From Octopus sinensis (lineage: Eukaryota), in the NCBI RefSeq assembly GCF_006345805.1, contig NC_043016.1, positions 9,796,001-9,860,000 on the forward strand: DNA of 64,000 nt, given 5' to 3'. A model generated the notes under the pieces. It ran no database searches, was not told the origin of the DNA, and saw only the letters and a list, made by a program, of their open reading frames with translations. The translations under genes were made by a program, and so were the position numbers. Positions 25,276 to 38,679 of this stretch are shown one piece after another; position 1 is the stretch's first letter, and every line of letters starts with the position of its first letter.

Positions 25276-25892
25276 TTTAGCCATTGCACCAACCAACTCA
25301 CCCAGAAACTGTCTGGTTCTCGTACAAAACTATTTTAAAATATTCATAGTTTAATTAAACCTTTCGTCATATTTTTCATTAATTTTTATTTCAAAATTAA
25401 TTGAAATAGTTGGTGTCAATTTCATTAGGAATATGATCCCCAAAGGTTTAAACGTGAACCGGAAGAACCAACAGATTTAGGACAAATTAAACAAGTTACA
25501 GCTTAGAGCCTTCCTGTCCGTAGGGGCTTCGAAATAATTAGACTGTATAAGTTTTCGTATTTTGTGATATGTTAAGATGTTAATTTTTTAACAAGGGACC
25601 TTCAAGCTTTGTGGAATTTAGGGCCTCACCAAATCTAAATTCGACACTTCCGTGGAACAGAATTGAATTGGGCGTGACTGTGTGGTTGGGAAACTTGCTT
25701 TTCAACCATGTAGTTTTTGGTTCGCTCCACTACTACCCTGAGCCAATCAAAATTTTGTGTGTAGATTTGGTAGGTGTTTGCGGGGAATAGGGGGGGGGCT
25801 CATGTTTGTCCCTCACCACCGCTTGAGAATTGGTGTTGACTTGTTTACATCCCCTTAAATTAGTATGTCCTCGTAATTTAGTTTGGTTAAAC

Positions 25893-26093
25893 CAGTGCTT
25901 TTCAAACTTTTTGCTGGAGCGGAACCCCAAGGAAACATTCCACTGGCTCGAGGAACCCCTGTGCAATAATTTAATTGTCTTATGCACACATATCTGCACA
26001 GGAGAATTAAAAATTACTGCCGATTTTAGCAGTTTTGTAACTTCTTGCGGAACCCCTGGACTGTACTGGCGGAATCCTGGTTGAAAACCACTG
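25893..26093. mobile_element. hAT (Charlie-like) MITE
   Basis: TIRs cagtgcttttcaa / ttgaaaaccactg; 8-bp TSD ggttaaac on both sides. Confidence 0.85.
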
Positions 26094-27035
26094 GGTTAAA
26101 CAGACCGATATTATCAGTACCAGACTTTAAAAAAAAAAGGTTCTGGAATCGATTTGTTCGGCTGAATCTTTCAAAGCAGTACCTCCACATGGCTGTGGTC
26201 CAGTGACTGAAACATGCAAAAACAGTAAGGTCAGGGAATATAGGTGATCGAAGTGTGTGTATGTGCTCGTGCGTGCGTAATTCTCGTTTATCGCCTCTTG
26301 TATCGACGAAGCAGTGAGCTCCATTGTGGATTATAACTCGAAAGCGAAAAGAATTTCTTACATCGTGACAAGGGCACGTATTTATTGGGAAACAAGATAG
26401 TCAATTAAATCGATGTATTCTACGTAGGCTGTAGATAATGAATCGCTCTGCGAGAACTGTATTTTAAAAAACGATTCTCATTATGTAGAAAAGACGTAGA
26501 CGTGTGTGATGTATATATTTACGCACACACACACTCGACTGAGAATACTGGCAGATAAAGCTTTCAGATGTATCTAGGAACTGTCTCTGGCGAGTGGGTC
26601 TCCCAGATGCTGCTTTAACATCGATTCCAGTGCTTGGCTGGCTGGTGCTGTATTTTATCGACCCCGAAAGGATGACCGGCAAACTTGACCCCTGCCTCTA
26701 TTTTGTCTGACGTGCTAACTCTTCTGCCAGCTAGCTGCATTTCACTGTTGTTACTTTCTGAAATTATCGTTTCAGGTTTTCTCTGGAAATTAGAGCCAGC
26801 AATTAACTTTTAATTATTTATCTATTAAGTCGGTGAGCTGACAATCGTTTGCATGCCAGACAAATTGCTTGGCAGCATTTCGTCCGTTTTTTTTACGTCC
26901 TGATTTCAAATTCCGCCGAAATCGATAAAATAAGTACCAGTCAAATTACTGAGCTTGATATAATCGCCTTTACCCACTCCTCGCTCAAAAACTGCTACCC
27001 TTGTGCCAAAAATTTAAACCATTATTTATTAAACA

Positions 27036-27393
27036 CTAGCAGTATCGCCCGGCGTTGCTCAGGTTTGTAAGGGAAATAACTATAAAGCATTTTTAGAGTT
27101 ATAGCCAAAAAATAGCAAAAAAATGATGGTAATTTTTTTTTGAGTTAAAAAAGGTCGAGTTGCGTCCCCTAGACAGTCTGTGGTTTGTGTTTCTGATTCT
27201 CGACCCCATGTCGAATTTATCGATTTTTTTCAGAACTGGGGGAACTTTTCAAAATTTTCGCTGCGTTAGTTTTGAATTATGACATTGGGCTATGTGTGTG
27301 TCAAGTTTCATCAGAATTGGTTGAAAGCCGTGGTCAGGGTGAGGGTACAAGCAAACAGACACACAGACAAACTGCCGTTTATATATAGAGAGA
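27036..27393 (-). mobile_element. Non-autonomous Helitron, mosaic
   Basis: About 100 bp at the CTAG end is shared with 15590-15990; the remainder is unrelated; TC-type end at 27393. Confidence 0.65.
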
Positions 27394-30300
27394 TTAATAT
27401 TGTATCAAAATTCACATTGCAAATATACTGTTTAAAACAGAATATTGGTATCAAGAAATTTCTAAGGTTATCCGAAATACGGCATTGCTGAGGTGCATCA
27501 CGTAAAACATGACGCTAAGGTTAACAAAAACTTTTTTTTTTCTCTCTCTGAACATGTCATAGGGTTGGAAAATATAATTCACTGACAAATCACGGTAGTT
27601 AGGTATTTTAATCTGTTCGTCTAGAGCAGTTTCTCAACCATTTTTTGCCTTACAATTTTGAGGCAAGAATGTTAGTCGATATCATCGACTCCACTTCTTG
27701 ACTGGTATTGTATTTTATGGACCTCGAAAAGATGAAAGGTACAGTAGAATTCGGCGGGGTTTGAACTCAGAACTTAAGGATTAGAACAAATACTTAAAAA
27801 CATATTTATCCGATGCTGCAACGATTTCTGGCAGCACGCCATTCTTAAATTGATGTCTGCTATTAATCATCAGTATAATTGAACGATACTCCAACCTATT
27901 AGATAACGTGTGTGCTTTGTAACTGTCACCAGTCATTCGATTGCGAGTAGTGGTTTGGAAATATCAACCACACTTTCATTAATTCTTTTAGGTGTCTGTG
28001 TAGTCACAGGCATAGACATCTACCCGTCATCTTCTACATCGAGCTTGAGTCAGTAAACATGCTAGTTGTTCCGGCTGACATCTGATGCGAGAAAGAGCAC
28101 CCAGTTTCAGAAAGTCATTTTAACCGAGTAGAAAGCCATGTACAACATGAAATGAAATAAAACACTTCACCAGCCCAGAAATTGATCCACCACGACACTA
28201 TTGTAGTAGCAAGTGCTTAATAAACCTTTGTCGACAGTCATGTTGGCCGAATAGGTATAATTATAAGTTTCTCATTGGTTAAAATTACTGCCGATATTTG
28301 AATTCTGACTTTCGTCAAAGAGAAATCTTTCACGAAATACAGTTCTTAGAATTCAGATATGAGCAGTTATAAAAACCCTGATTTTGGGGAAATAAATCAG
28401 TGTTCGTTGGTTGTCACTTGATTCCACGACACTCAGTTTCTTGAGATATTGGTTATTGCCATGGCAAGTCTTTTGTCTAATTCAACAAGGCTATTTTGAA
28501 TTGTTTAAAACTCTTGTAGCTTAGTTATGGAAGAATTAGTTAATATAAATAAATTTTATGTCGTAACTTTCTACAGCAGTCTTCTTTTGACTTATAAAAA
28601 CGTACTGTAAATATTAAATGTACGCAAATAAATTAATCTAGTAAATAATTTCTTTTCATTTCTTCAACCTGTTGATGAAATTTATTTCTGTAACTATTGA
28701 AACTGTTATTATAGCGGTGAAAAAGAGTGAGCTTTATTATATTCAACATACATGCACTTTCAGCACCTTGGTGTATATAACTCACCACAGCGTTTATGTA
28801 ATCTGACCTAGGGTTTATGTATGGTGATAAATACTTATAATTAAGTTATGACGAATTTATCACCACAGCTCTCTGCTCAAGAAATATATTTATTATGATT
28901 TCAAACCGAACACGTTATAAATCGATTAAATTATTTAATAAATTTCCACTATTATAAAATTGCCAATCGTCATTCTTCTCAATACCCACGCCGATATATA
29001 AATTGGCGACAAGACCGGTTATAAACTGGCTAACCACCCGTTATATTAATAATAATGAGCCAAACATTCTAACCACTAGATCACACGCCCTCTCTTGTTT
29101 TAGGTGCATTACTGGCCATGAGATCTTTCGCGTCATTCCTGGCGTAGTAAGTTACATAATATTGGTGTGTTGATTGGCTCTTTCTTTTAATACGATCTAC
29201 GGCAGTGCTTCATTGTCTTTTGTACGGTCTTTCAGACCAATGAAATCAACGTTGTTGGTTTCCGGGTTGAACTTCTTGAAGTCGGTATTCGAAAGGAAAG
29301 GAAAAACAAAAAAAAAAAAAAAACGTTAGGTTATAGGTAGGTTTCTTTGGGATGGAATTTTAGAGAATTGAATAGCTCTGTGGAAGGATTGGGGTGGCTG
29401 AAGAGCTTAAAGGTGTGGTGAAGTGAAAATTGGATGGAAATGTTTTCAGGGGAACCAGAATTGAGGTGTGATATGGTATGCGCAATGCTAATTTAGTTCA
29501 CACAAAGGGAGAGAGTTTGTAACCTTGTAGATATTTGATGAAGAATTCTCTAAGTGGTCGACTGGCTTTCTAAAGTTGCTATCAATAATTGCACTAAATA
29601 GGATTTTACTTGAGTTTTCTTCATGGCCTAAGAGGGGCTGATAAGAGACGAAGTATTTATTTATTTTTTGTCTTCGGTTATTGAACTGCGGCTATGCTGG
29701 TGTGCCGCCTTGAAAGGTTTGGCGTAACTTCGGTATAAGTACCGGAAACATTTCAAGAAAGTGTTTTTTTTTTTAAATATATATGGGGGGGGGGGGGGGG
29801 GGAGTTAGGGGGGAGAAAAGGGTTTCTGTTATCTTAAGAAATGTAAATAAAGCCTCTTACGGTACTTATACCGAAGGATCGCCAAAGGTTTTTGTCGAAC
29901 GAATAGACCCAGTACTTTTTAGAAAAAATACTGGTACTTAATCTTTTTTGCCGAACCGCTAAGTTACGGTGACGTAAATGAACCAACGTTTGTTTACGGT
30001 TGTCAAACGGTAGTGGGGCGACGGGGATACACACGCTACAGTTTACAATGAGCTTCTTTCAGTTTCCGTCTACCAAATCCACACACAGGGCTTTAGTCAA
30101 CCCAAGGCTTTTGTAGAAAACACTTACCCAAGGTACCACGCACTTGGTCGGAACCCAGAACCATATGGTTGGGAAGCAAGCTTCTTACACCATACCAATT
30201 AAAAGAAAAAAATAGAAAAAAACAACCCTGTAGTTTTGGTGATGTCATGAAATCATTGACGATTTTGAAGCCTACAATCAATTATCTTCTTGGCTGTGTG

Positions 30301-30605
30301 TTCCTTTTAATGCATAGAGAGGGTGAGAAAGAATAAGTATGAGCAATTGTTTCGTTGTGCTACCGAAAGAAAGCGGGTTGACATTTCCTATACGAGAGAT
30401 GTCCTCTTTACGGAAATAGTGTTTTGTACTGATTGTACGTTGATGACGCTTGTATACGGAAATGTTAGAGGAGTGTATAGTGTTTTCACCTTCTTATATA
30501 TGTTGTTTAGAAGTGACAGTATATAGGTCTCTTAATGTTCGTTAAAGGAAGAGAGTGAAAAATTTAAACTACGGCGTATACCAGAGTTGGAGTTATTCGC
30601 TTTTT

Positions 30606-31009
30606 GGCAATCTTTCGTCTCTAGTAGACCTTTCCGTCGATTTCCGTAAAAAAAATTTTTTTTTTTTACATATGGGCTTGCGGGAACTTTTGAAGTAATG
30701 ACAGCGAAAGAGACTAAGAGAAAGCGATTGTATGACGAGGGAAGTTCTTTTGAATTTACCGTCCAGGGGAAGCATTGATGTACGTGTGTGTGTGTGTGTG
30801 TGTGTTAGATGGGGTGTGGGAGACAGACAGTATGTTGTGTAAGTGAAGTGCTTCTGTTAGTGTGTGTGAAAGAAAGAGATAACTGAAATTTTTTACTCGG
30901 TGTATATGTATGTATATTACTTCAAAAGTTCCCGCAAGCCCATATGTAAAAAAAAAAATATTTTTTTACGGAAATCGACGGAAAGGTCTACTAGAGACGA
31001 AAGATCGCC
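30606..31009. mobile_element. Non-autonomous DNA transposon with ~94-bp TIRs, Merlin-like
   Basis: TIRs 30606-30699 and 30916-31009 begin GGCAA/GGCGA; 8-bp TSD cgcttttt at 30598-30605 and 31010-31017. Confidence 0.75.
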
Positions 31010-31135
31010 CGCTTTTTCTTTAATGGTTTTGTCAAGAGAGATGGCTTGTGTTCATAATTTGTGTGGATCGATCTTGTACCAGTACATGCTGTAATACAGC
31101 TGCATAGCAAAAAGCTTCCAATGGAGCCTCTAAAA

Positions 31136-31333
31136 CAGTGGTTCCCAAACTTTTTAGAGTCGCGACCCACTATTTATCGCACCAGTTTATGACGACCCAC
31201 TTAACTCTACTGAACTATCTCGATAGACAGCAGTTAATCAAAGCAAATGCGTAATTTTATAACTTTTCGCGACACACTAAGATTCCGTTCGCGACCCATC
31301 TGTGGGTCGCGACTCATAGTTTGGGAACCACTG
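31136..31333. mobile_element. hAT MITE
   Basis: TIRs cagtggttcccaaact / agtttgggaaccactg; 8-bp TSD ctctaaaa. Confidence 0.9.
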
Positions 31334-31670
31334 CTCTAAAACGAAAAGTTGAAGAGGTTGTTATAATAAATAACTCGAAAACTCGAGGTATTTCGTACTG
31401 GTGTTTAACAAATGAGTGAAAACGATCCAATGTGAACGCCCTGTGCATATATGGTCGGTCATTCGACAACTAAAGATAGTAATCAAATTCTCTTAAATCA
31501 TATCCCGCCGTTTGTGTACGAAAGGAAGAACACATTTGATAAGGTTGTCCTAGATATAGTGTCTGGAGAAAATGGGTTTTTTTTTTATATACTACACTAA
31601 GGGCTGACAAAAATATTGGGAACGATGATGGACGACACTGTATGAGACTACATAAAAAAAAAGTGTGTAA

Positions 31671-31966
31671 TCTTTATATATAAAAGTGAAGTTGTGTGTC
31701 TGTCTCCTACGATTTAGATTCCTAACTACTCCCACATTTTGCGATGCAGTTTAACCAAAACCGGGTATCTTATAGTCGTGATTCATATCGAGCCCTTCTG
31801 GGTATTAGCGCGCGTCTACGATGAGTCTACGATTTAAAAAAAAAATTACCATAATTTGTTTTCCATTTTTAATGCATTTTTTTGCTATTTTTGGCTATAA
31901 CTCTCTAAAAATGCTTATATAGTTATTTTCCTTACAAACCCGAGCAACGCCGGGCGATACTGCTAA
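31671..31966 (+). mobile_element. Non-autonomous Helitron (shorter copy)
   Basis: A|TCtttatatataaaagtg ... cccgagcaacgccgggcgatactgCTAA (terminal CTAG mutated). Confidence 0.7.
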
Positions 31967-32466
31967 TAAGTTTATAAAGGCACAAAAGAAAATTCAAACA
32001 ATAATTCACCAAAAGCGGAGTAATCTTTGAGGATTGATGACCAGGGCAGTGTAGGAGGTAGAATTGATTGCAGTCAACTGGATGACTGTTGTATACATCC
32101 ATGTGGCTTTAGTCAGTGTTACCACTAGCTGGTGGTTGTAAAAGGTACATATATATCACGAAAATTATTAAAGAAACACTAACGACATCAGTTATGAGTT
32201 TCTATGTAGTAGCTCAACTAACTAGAAATTGAAGTTAAATTCCTCTTAGATCGTAAATTCAACCATTTTAGTATATATATATTTATTTATATATATATAT
32301 ATACTCAAAAATTTGAAGACAGCAGGCAGGAAACGATCGTAGTGGATATTAATTATATTTTTTTATAATTGTTACATATTTAAATAATATAAATTAATCA
32401 TATGTATTGGCTTAAGTCTTTCATTGTTTGATTTGCCTAATAGTGGTTTTGTCTCTAATTAATATA

Positions 32467-32514
<48 letters not shown>

Positions 32515-32515
32515 A

Positions 32516-32564
<49 letters not shown>

Positions 32565-33069
32565 ACTCTGAAAATAAGACAACGTGATCATGACAGATAT
32601 CTTTGATCCTTGATCTGGTTGATAATGATTCTCCTAGGTCTAAACAATGAGTGATCTTCTATTTCGTTGGTTGATCTCTTAGATATAGCAGCCAAATCTC
32701 TCTCCAATCATATCCTGACGTAAAACATACGAACAGATAAGGGGGATATTAGTTGAAATAAAAATGAAAAAAGAAGAAAATCCCAGTTGCTGTCAGCTTG
32801 ATTGATTATATAAATCTGCCAGATCGTGGCTGACCTTGAACTAAACAACTACCACCAACCAGCACACTACCGATAGGAGACAGTAACGACAGTTCTCACG
32901 GTAATGAGGTGGGACTTTATGTGGTTGCTTGATATGTTAGAAATAGCAACGAAATGTTTCTCAAATTGTGTTTCTTTACACTTGTTTCAGTCATTTGACT
33001 GTACTGGAGCCCCACCTTTTTTGGGTTGTTGAAACAAATCAATTCCTGTAATTTTTCGAAGTCTGGTAC

Positions 33070-33296
33070 TTAACCCTTTAGTATTTAAACTGGCCATATC
33101 TGGCCAAAATATTTAACCTGTTTTATGTTCAAACTGACCAGATCCAGGCTCTCGCACCTACCCTACAATGTTATTCTATATTAAGTAATTACACCATCAA
33201 GATCTTGAAGATATGAGATAATGCATGATTAATTCAAATCAATGGGAATCAATAAGCATTATGTTTGATAGAATAATCTGAACACTAAAGGGTTAA
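33070..33296. mobile_element. piggyBac-type MITE (TTAA ends); related copies at 49250-50396 and 56666-56892
   Basis: ttaaccctttag ... ctaaagggttaa; about 9 differences from the reverse complement of 49887-50113. Confidence 0.85.
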
Positions 33297-34350
33297 TCTG
33301 TTGGTTTCTTTTCCCATACCGCTAACTTAGCATGAGGTAAAGAATCCAATGCCTACTGTCAAGCGGTGGGTGGGTGGGTGGGGGAACAAACCTATCATTT
33401 AGCATCCACTTTACTATGCTTTCAAGGATTGGATGGGGTATATTGAGGCAGATTTTCTACGGCTGGATGCCCTTCCTTTTGCCAACCATCACCTTTTTTC
33501 CAAATAAGATATATTCTGGCAGAAATGCCGTATTTCGTCTGCCGTTTCGTTCTGAGTTCAAATTCCGCCGAGGTCGACTTTGCCTTTCATCTTTTCGGGG
33601 TTGATTAAATAAGTACCAGTTACGCACTGGGGTCGATATAATCAACTTAATCCATTTGTCTGTCCTTGTTTGTCCTCTCTGTGTTTAGCCCCTTGTGGGT
33701 AGTAAAGAAATAGATATTTCCTCATGGCCAGACATGTTCTAGCAGAGTATTGGAAACGAATGACACTGCTTGTATGAAAGTGACAATCATTTTACAACCA
33801 TTAAACTGTCAAAACTAGGACAGACCCTCCACACACACACACGCATTTACCAAATTCACTCATATAAGGCATCGATCAACTTGAGATGCTAAGCAAAAGA
33901 TACTTGTCCAAAGTGTTGCGTTGAGGGACTTGAACCCAAAACCATGAATTTGTGAAGCCACCTACTTTACCACACAGTCTCATTTGCATGCTTACCATTT
34001 TAGTGAGAGAAAAATTTAATGTGGTCCAGGTTTCTCTTGTACACAGGGAGAAAAATAAAACCCAGCTGGTCTTGGCTTTTTGCTCTGATCAAGAAAACCT
34101 ATCAATGATCAAGCCTGTGGTTAAAAACATCAACAGTAATGTCACACATGTTAACCCAATCCATTTCTATTTTCTTTCTTTCTCCCTCTCTTTTATCTCC
34201 TCTCTTCATTCTCTTCCTAGTCTGCCCTGAACTTCCCTGTCGTGTCATCCAACAATGGACTATGCCCCAAACAGTATATTTTTACTTTATACTGTTTTTT
34301 TCCCTTGAATGTCAATGTAATAATAGTTACTGTGAACAGCCCTTAGACTA

Positions 34351-34711
34351 TACTCTCTCTTTACTCTCTTTTACTTGTTTCAGTCATTTGACTGCGGCCA
34401 TGCTGGAGCACCGCCTTTTAGTCGAGCAAATCGACCCCGGGACTTATTCTTTGTAAGCCCAGTACTTATTCTATCGGTCTATTTTGCCGAACCGCTAAGT
34501 GACGGGGATGTAAACGCACCAGCATCGGTTGTCAAGCAATGCTAGGGGGACAAACACAGACACACATATATTTATATATATACATATATACGACAGGCTT
34601 CTTTCAGTTTCTGTCTACCAAATCCACTCACAAGGCATTGGTCGGCCCGGGGCTATAGTAGAAGACACTTGCCCAAGATGCCACGCAGTGGGATGAACCC
34701 AGAACCATGTA
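34351..34711 (-). mobile_element. SINE family B copy
   Basis: Near-consensus family B. Confidence 0.85.
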
Positions 34712-35565
34712 GGTTTTTGTGTGTGTGTGTGTAAGAAAGAGAAAGATTTAATAGGTACAAGATTTGAGTGACTTTAAGTTTCATGGTCAGATAGAATGAG
34801 ATTATAAAGCGTGCCATGTATCATCCTGCAATCGGACTTTGAGCCTGAATGACTGCAGGATGGTAATGTCATGCTATACAAGCATATCCAATTACTGTAT
34901 TATCTAAGCATAAAACTTAGTTCTTAACATTTAAATGATACATCTCGGAGGCTGAATTTTTAAAAATATTTTTTACTGTATCAAAAACAAAACTGCATCA
35001 GACATAAATACAATATATACAATGCATACAGTACATACAATGCACACAATGTATACACTCATTCATTCATAGACTCGTTCATTCATTCATACATGTAATT
35101 ACTGAGGGTAGGCTGTTGGTGATTATGTATATAGGCTTGTGATTGAGTTGGAGACAGATTTATGCGCTATAAAGACAGAAGTAAAGAAAATATTGTTGTA
35201 GGAATGTACACAGCAGGTGTACTACAGCAATGATATGCGTAGCTTTAATACTGAGATTGAAAGGCAGGGGCAAATTATGCCTACCTAATCTATGAAAAAA
35301 TGAAATATTTTGCATTTTATGCATAGTAATCTGAGTAACCTTCATGATTTTATTGAATTAGGTGCATATTTCGCCATAAAAGGAAAATGTTACTATCGAT
35401 CTATTTCAGTCAGGTTAGGCACCGCCTACCTTGCCTATCCAGGTGGCATGCCCCTTATATCTATCTATCTATCTTTATATATATATATATATCAAAATGT
35501 GACCTCGTGTGTACCGTTGGCGATTCCCCCCCCCCGTCTTCCCTTCTCTGGATCTTTCCTTCTAT

Positions 35566-35600
35566 GTTTCCAACGAAGAGCTCCGCTCGAAATGTTAAAC
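35566..35600 (+). ncRNA. Degenerate minimal type-I hammerhead ribozyme motif within a ~200-bp dispersed element (~35499-35700)
   Basis: gttt CCAACGA A GAGC tcc GCTC GAAAT GT T aaac: stems I and II intact, core mutated; sister copy at 42499-42533. Confidence 0.55.
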
Positions 35601-36100
35601 CCTCCTTCTTTCCTTCTTTCCTGAGCGTCCAATAATATTATATTTGTTCCACATCCTCGCGTTGCTGTGTTTTTTTGTGCTTTCTTGTTTGGATTAACTT
35701 TATATATATGTATATGTATATACACACACACACATCCACCAATGATATTACATCGCCATGTCGAAGAAAAAAGCAAACAAATTACTCCCGTTCCTTTCCC
35801 ACAGCAAATAAACATTGTCATTTAATCAGAACCATTTGAAATATTGACAACACTAATGATGACCACCACCACCTCTGCTGTAGCAAAAAAACAACAAAAA
35901 AAAAAATTTAAATCTATTAGGGGAGTAAAGATTTCGGAGAAATATTTCGTTGGCGAGAATTAACATTTCATTCCCAGTCCCCAAGAATGTGCTGTGACCA
36001 TCTCTGACTTATTTAAAACATTGTAATACAATACTTTTTTTTGTTTGTTGGTTTTTCTTTAGCTTTGGTGTTGAGTTTGGTTTATATTTTCTTAAGTATA

Positions 36101-36132
<32 letters not shown>

Positions 36133-36398
36133 TGCTGGGAACAAGAAGCTCTGTGAATATAGTTAGATGAGGGAGGGAAAGTAGTTTACAAACATCTATT
36201 TCTCTGTTTTGCTAGTGAAATGAGTAAGGGTGCAGGGAGATATTGTATACTGTGTATATGTCCCATTACTGGTTGTGGTGGTGGTTGTAGTAGTTGACTA
36301 AGTTGGATTAGGGTTGAAGAAACAAGTTCTGTATGTATTTCTGTACTCTTGAGGTTTTGCAGCCTGGTTGTGTATATAATTTATGTTGTTAACACCAA

Positions 36399-37088
36399 TT
36401 AGAATCGTTAGCATGCTGGACGTTAGAATCGTTAATGCGCTGGACGTTAGAATCGTTAATGCGCTGGACGTTGGAATCGTTAGCGCGCTGGACGTTGGAA
36501 TCGTTAGCGCGCTGGACGTTGAATCGTTAGCGCGCTGGACGTTGGAATCGTTAGCGCGCTGGACGTTGGAATCGTTAGCACGCTGGACGTTGGAATCGTT
36601 AGCGCGCTGGACGCTGGAATCGTTAGCGCTGGACGTTGGATCGTTAGCGCGCTGGACGTTGGAATCGTTAGCGCGCTGGACGTTGGAATCGTTAGCGCGC
36701 TGGACGTTGGAATCGTTAGCGCGCTGGACGTTGGAATCGTTAGCGCGCTGGACGTTGGAATCGTTAGCGCGCTGGACGTTGGAATCGTTAGCGCGCTGGA
36801 CGTTGGAATCGTTAGCGCGCTGGACGTTGGAATCGTTAGCGCGCTGGACGTTGAATCGTTAGCGCGCTGGACGTTGGAATCGTTAGCGCGCTGGACGTTG
36901 GAATCGTTAGCGCGCTGGACGTTGGAATCGTTAGCGCGCTGGACGTTGGAATCGTTAGCGCGCTGGACGCTGGAATCGTTAGCGCGCTGGACGCTGGAAT
37001 CGTTAGCGCGCTGGACGCTGGAATCGTTAGCGTGCTGGACGCTAGAATCGTTAATGCGCTGGACGTTAGAATCGTTAGCACGCTGGAC
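36399..37088 (+). repeat. 24-bp minisatellite (~29 units, gttggaatcgttagcgcgctggac) continuous with a family A-like SINE remnant to ~37250
   Basis: Read directly. The unit matches the SINE head gaatcgttagcacgc, and the last unit runs into SINE B box and central-domain sequence. Confidence 0.95.
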
Positions 37089-37849
37089 AAAATACTGAAA
37101 TATTTCTCTTGGCTTTACATTCTCAGTTCAAATCCTGTCAATTTTTCCTTTCGGTCTTTCAAGGTTGATAAAATAAGTACCAGTTGAATACTGGACTTCA
37201 TATAATTGGCATCACCTCTCTCAATTTTAAGCCTTGTTCCTACAGTAGAAAAAAAAAAAAAGAAAAAAAACCCACAGTAGTGTCATTGGTTCAGAGATCA
37301 ATCTCTCTGTGCTTGCAGGTTAATTTCCGAGTTACTGCAAATGGCAATTGACAATAGATGATGATGAATTTCTCTTCATAAAGAAGCATGGATTTCATTT
37401 AGAAGAATCAAACAACTTCTTTCACTCTGAAAGATACCTTTTGTTACCGACAGAGAAAATATATTTCTCTGAACTTTCTCCAACTAGTTTGTAGTTTAGT
37501 TATTGCATATATTGACATGTGCCTATCAATACACACACACACACACACACACACACAAGCTTCAGAGTTTTCATCTACCAATTTGAGGTATTGGTCAGCC
37601 AAAGACTACAATAGAACATGCAATGGTGTGATTCTAAAGCAAACTTTATAACTAGAGAACCATGCCTCTGCATTTTTATGCACACAAACTGGTGGCTTCA
37701 AATGTAAGCTGTAAAGTGGGTGGTGTTTGGAAGGCATCTGACCAAAGAAACCATACCAAAGCAGATATTGGAGCACAATGTAGTTCTTAGATACATTAGA
37801 TCTTGTCAAAACGTCCAACCCATGCTTGCCTGAAACATGGACATAAAAT

Positions 37850-38074
37850 ATGTGTATATATTTGTGTGTGTGTATATATATATATATATGTGTGTGTGTA
37901 TGTATGTGTGTGTGTATGTATGTGTGTGTGTATGTATGTGTGTGTGTGTATGTATGTATTGTGTGTGTGTATGTATGTGTGTGTGTGTATGTATGTATAT
38001 GTGTGTGTGTGTGTGTGTATGTATATGTGTGTGTGTGTGTGTGTATGTATGTGTGTGTGTGTGTGTGTGTATGT

Positions 38075-38108
<34 letters not shown>

Positions 38109-38112
38109 ATAT
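37850..38112. repeat. (GT)n/(GTAT)n compound microsatellite; similar tracts at ~43315-43590 and ~61120-61500, (TA)n at 19175-19233, 19384-19445, 32465-32560
   Basis: Read directly. Confidence 0.95.
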
Positions 38113-38679
38113 AATAGAGTGGACACAAGATCACCTCCTTCAATGTTCCCTCCCCTCTGAAAGGATTTTGTCTTGCAAGTTACTTGGTGACTCTGCCAGT
38201 GCAGATACCACTTAAAAAGCATTCAGTTCACAAGTAAATTGGTTAATATTTGGAAGGGCATCCAGCTGTAAAAAAAAAAAGCCATTCCAAAACTGACCTC
38301 ACCTGTGCATGTGCTACATAAAAAGAATTCAGCCCATTCTACAGAGTGGTTGGTGTTAGGGAGGGCATCCAGCTGCAAAATCCATGCCAAAACAGGCACA
38401 GAAGCATGGTGCTGGTTCCTGCCTGGCCAGCTCTTGCCAAACTGTCCAACCCATGCCAGCGTGTAGGGAGGACATTAAACAATGATAATGATGTATATCT
38501 ATATACATCCATCTTTGTTTATCACTGGAGTTTGGTTCAAATTTAAAATATTGTGATAAATAAATCCTCTCCAAACACTTGGTCAATGGAATGAATGCTG
38601 AGACTCATTGAGGTCAGTCGTTGACCACTGCTTCAAAGCTCCCACTGTTATATATTTTTTAAAATCATCTCTACCCTTT

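Noticed and set aside
26300-26350. Hammerhead-like tcgacgaag...ctcgaaagcg
   Set aside because: No stem I or III and no NUH triplet could be formed.
29330-29600. Possible Penelope RT fragment on the minus strand (FHP..HFT..SSS)
   Set aside because: Similarity is too weak and frameshifted to support without an HMM search.
36383-37098. ORFs of 159, 84 and 74 aa (LESLARWT repeats)
   Set aside because: Produced by a 24-bp (8-codon) SINE-derived tandem repeat; no coding evidence.
37796-38222. His/Thr- and Val/Cys-rich ORFs (also ~43253-43690 and ~61088-61564)
   Set aside because: Translations of (CA)n/(TA)n microsatellites.
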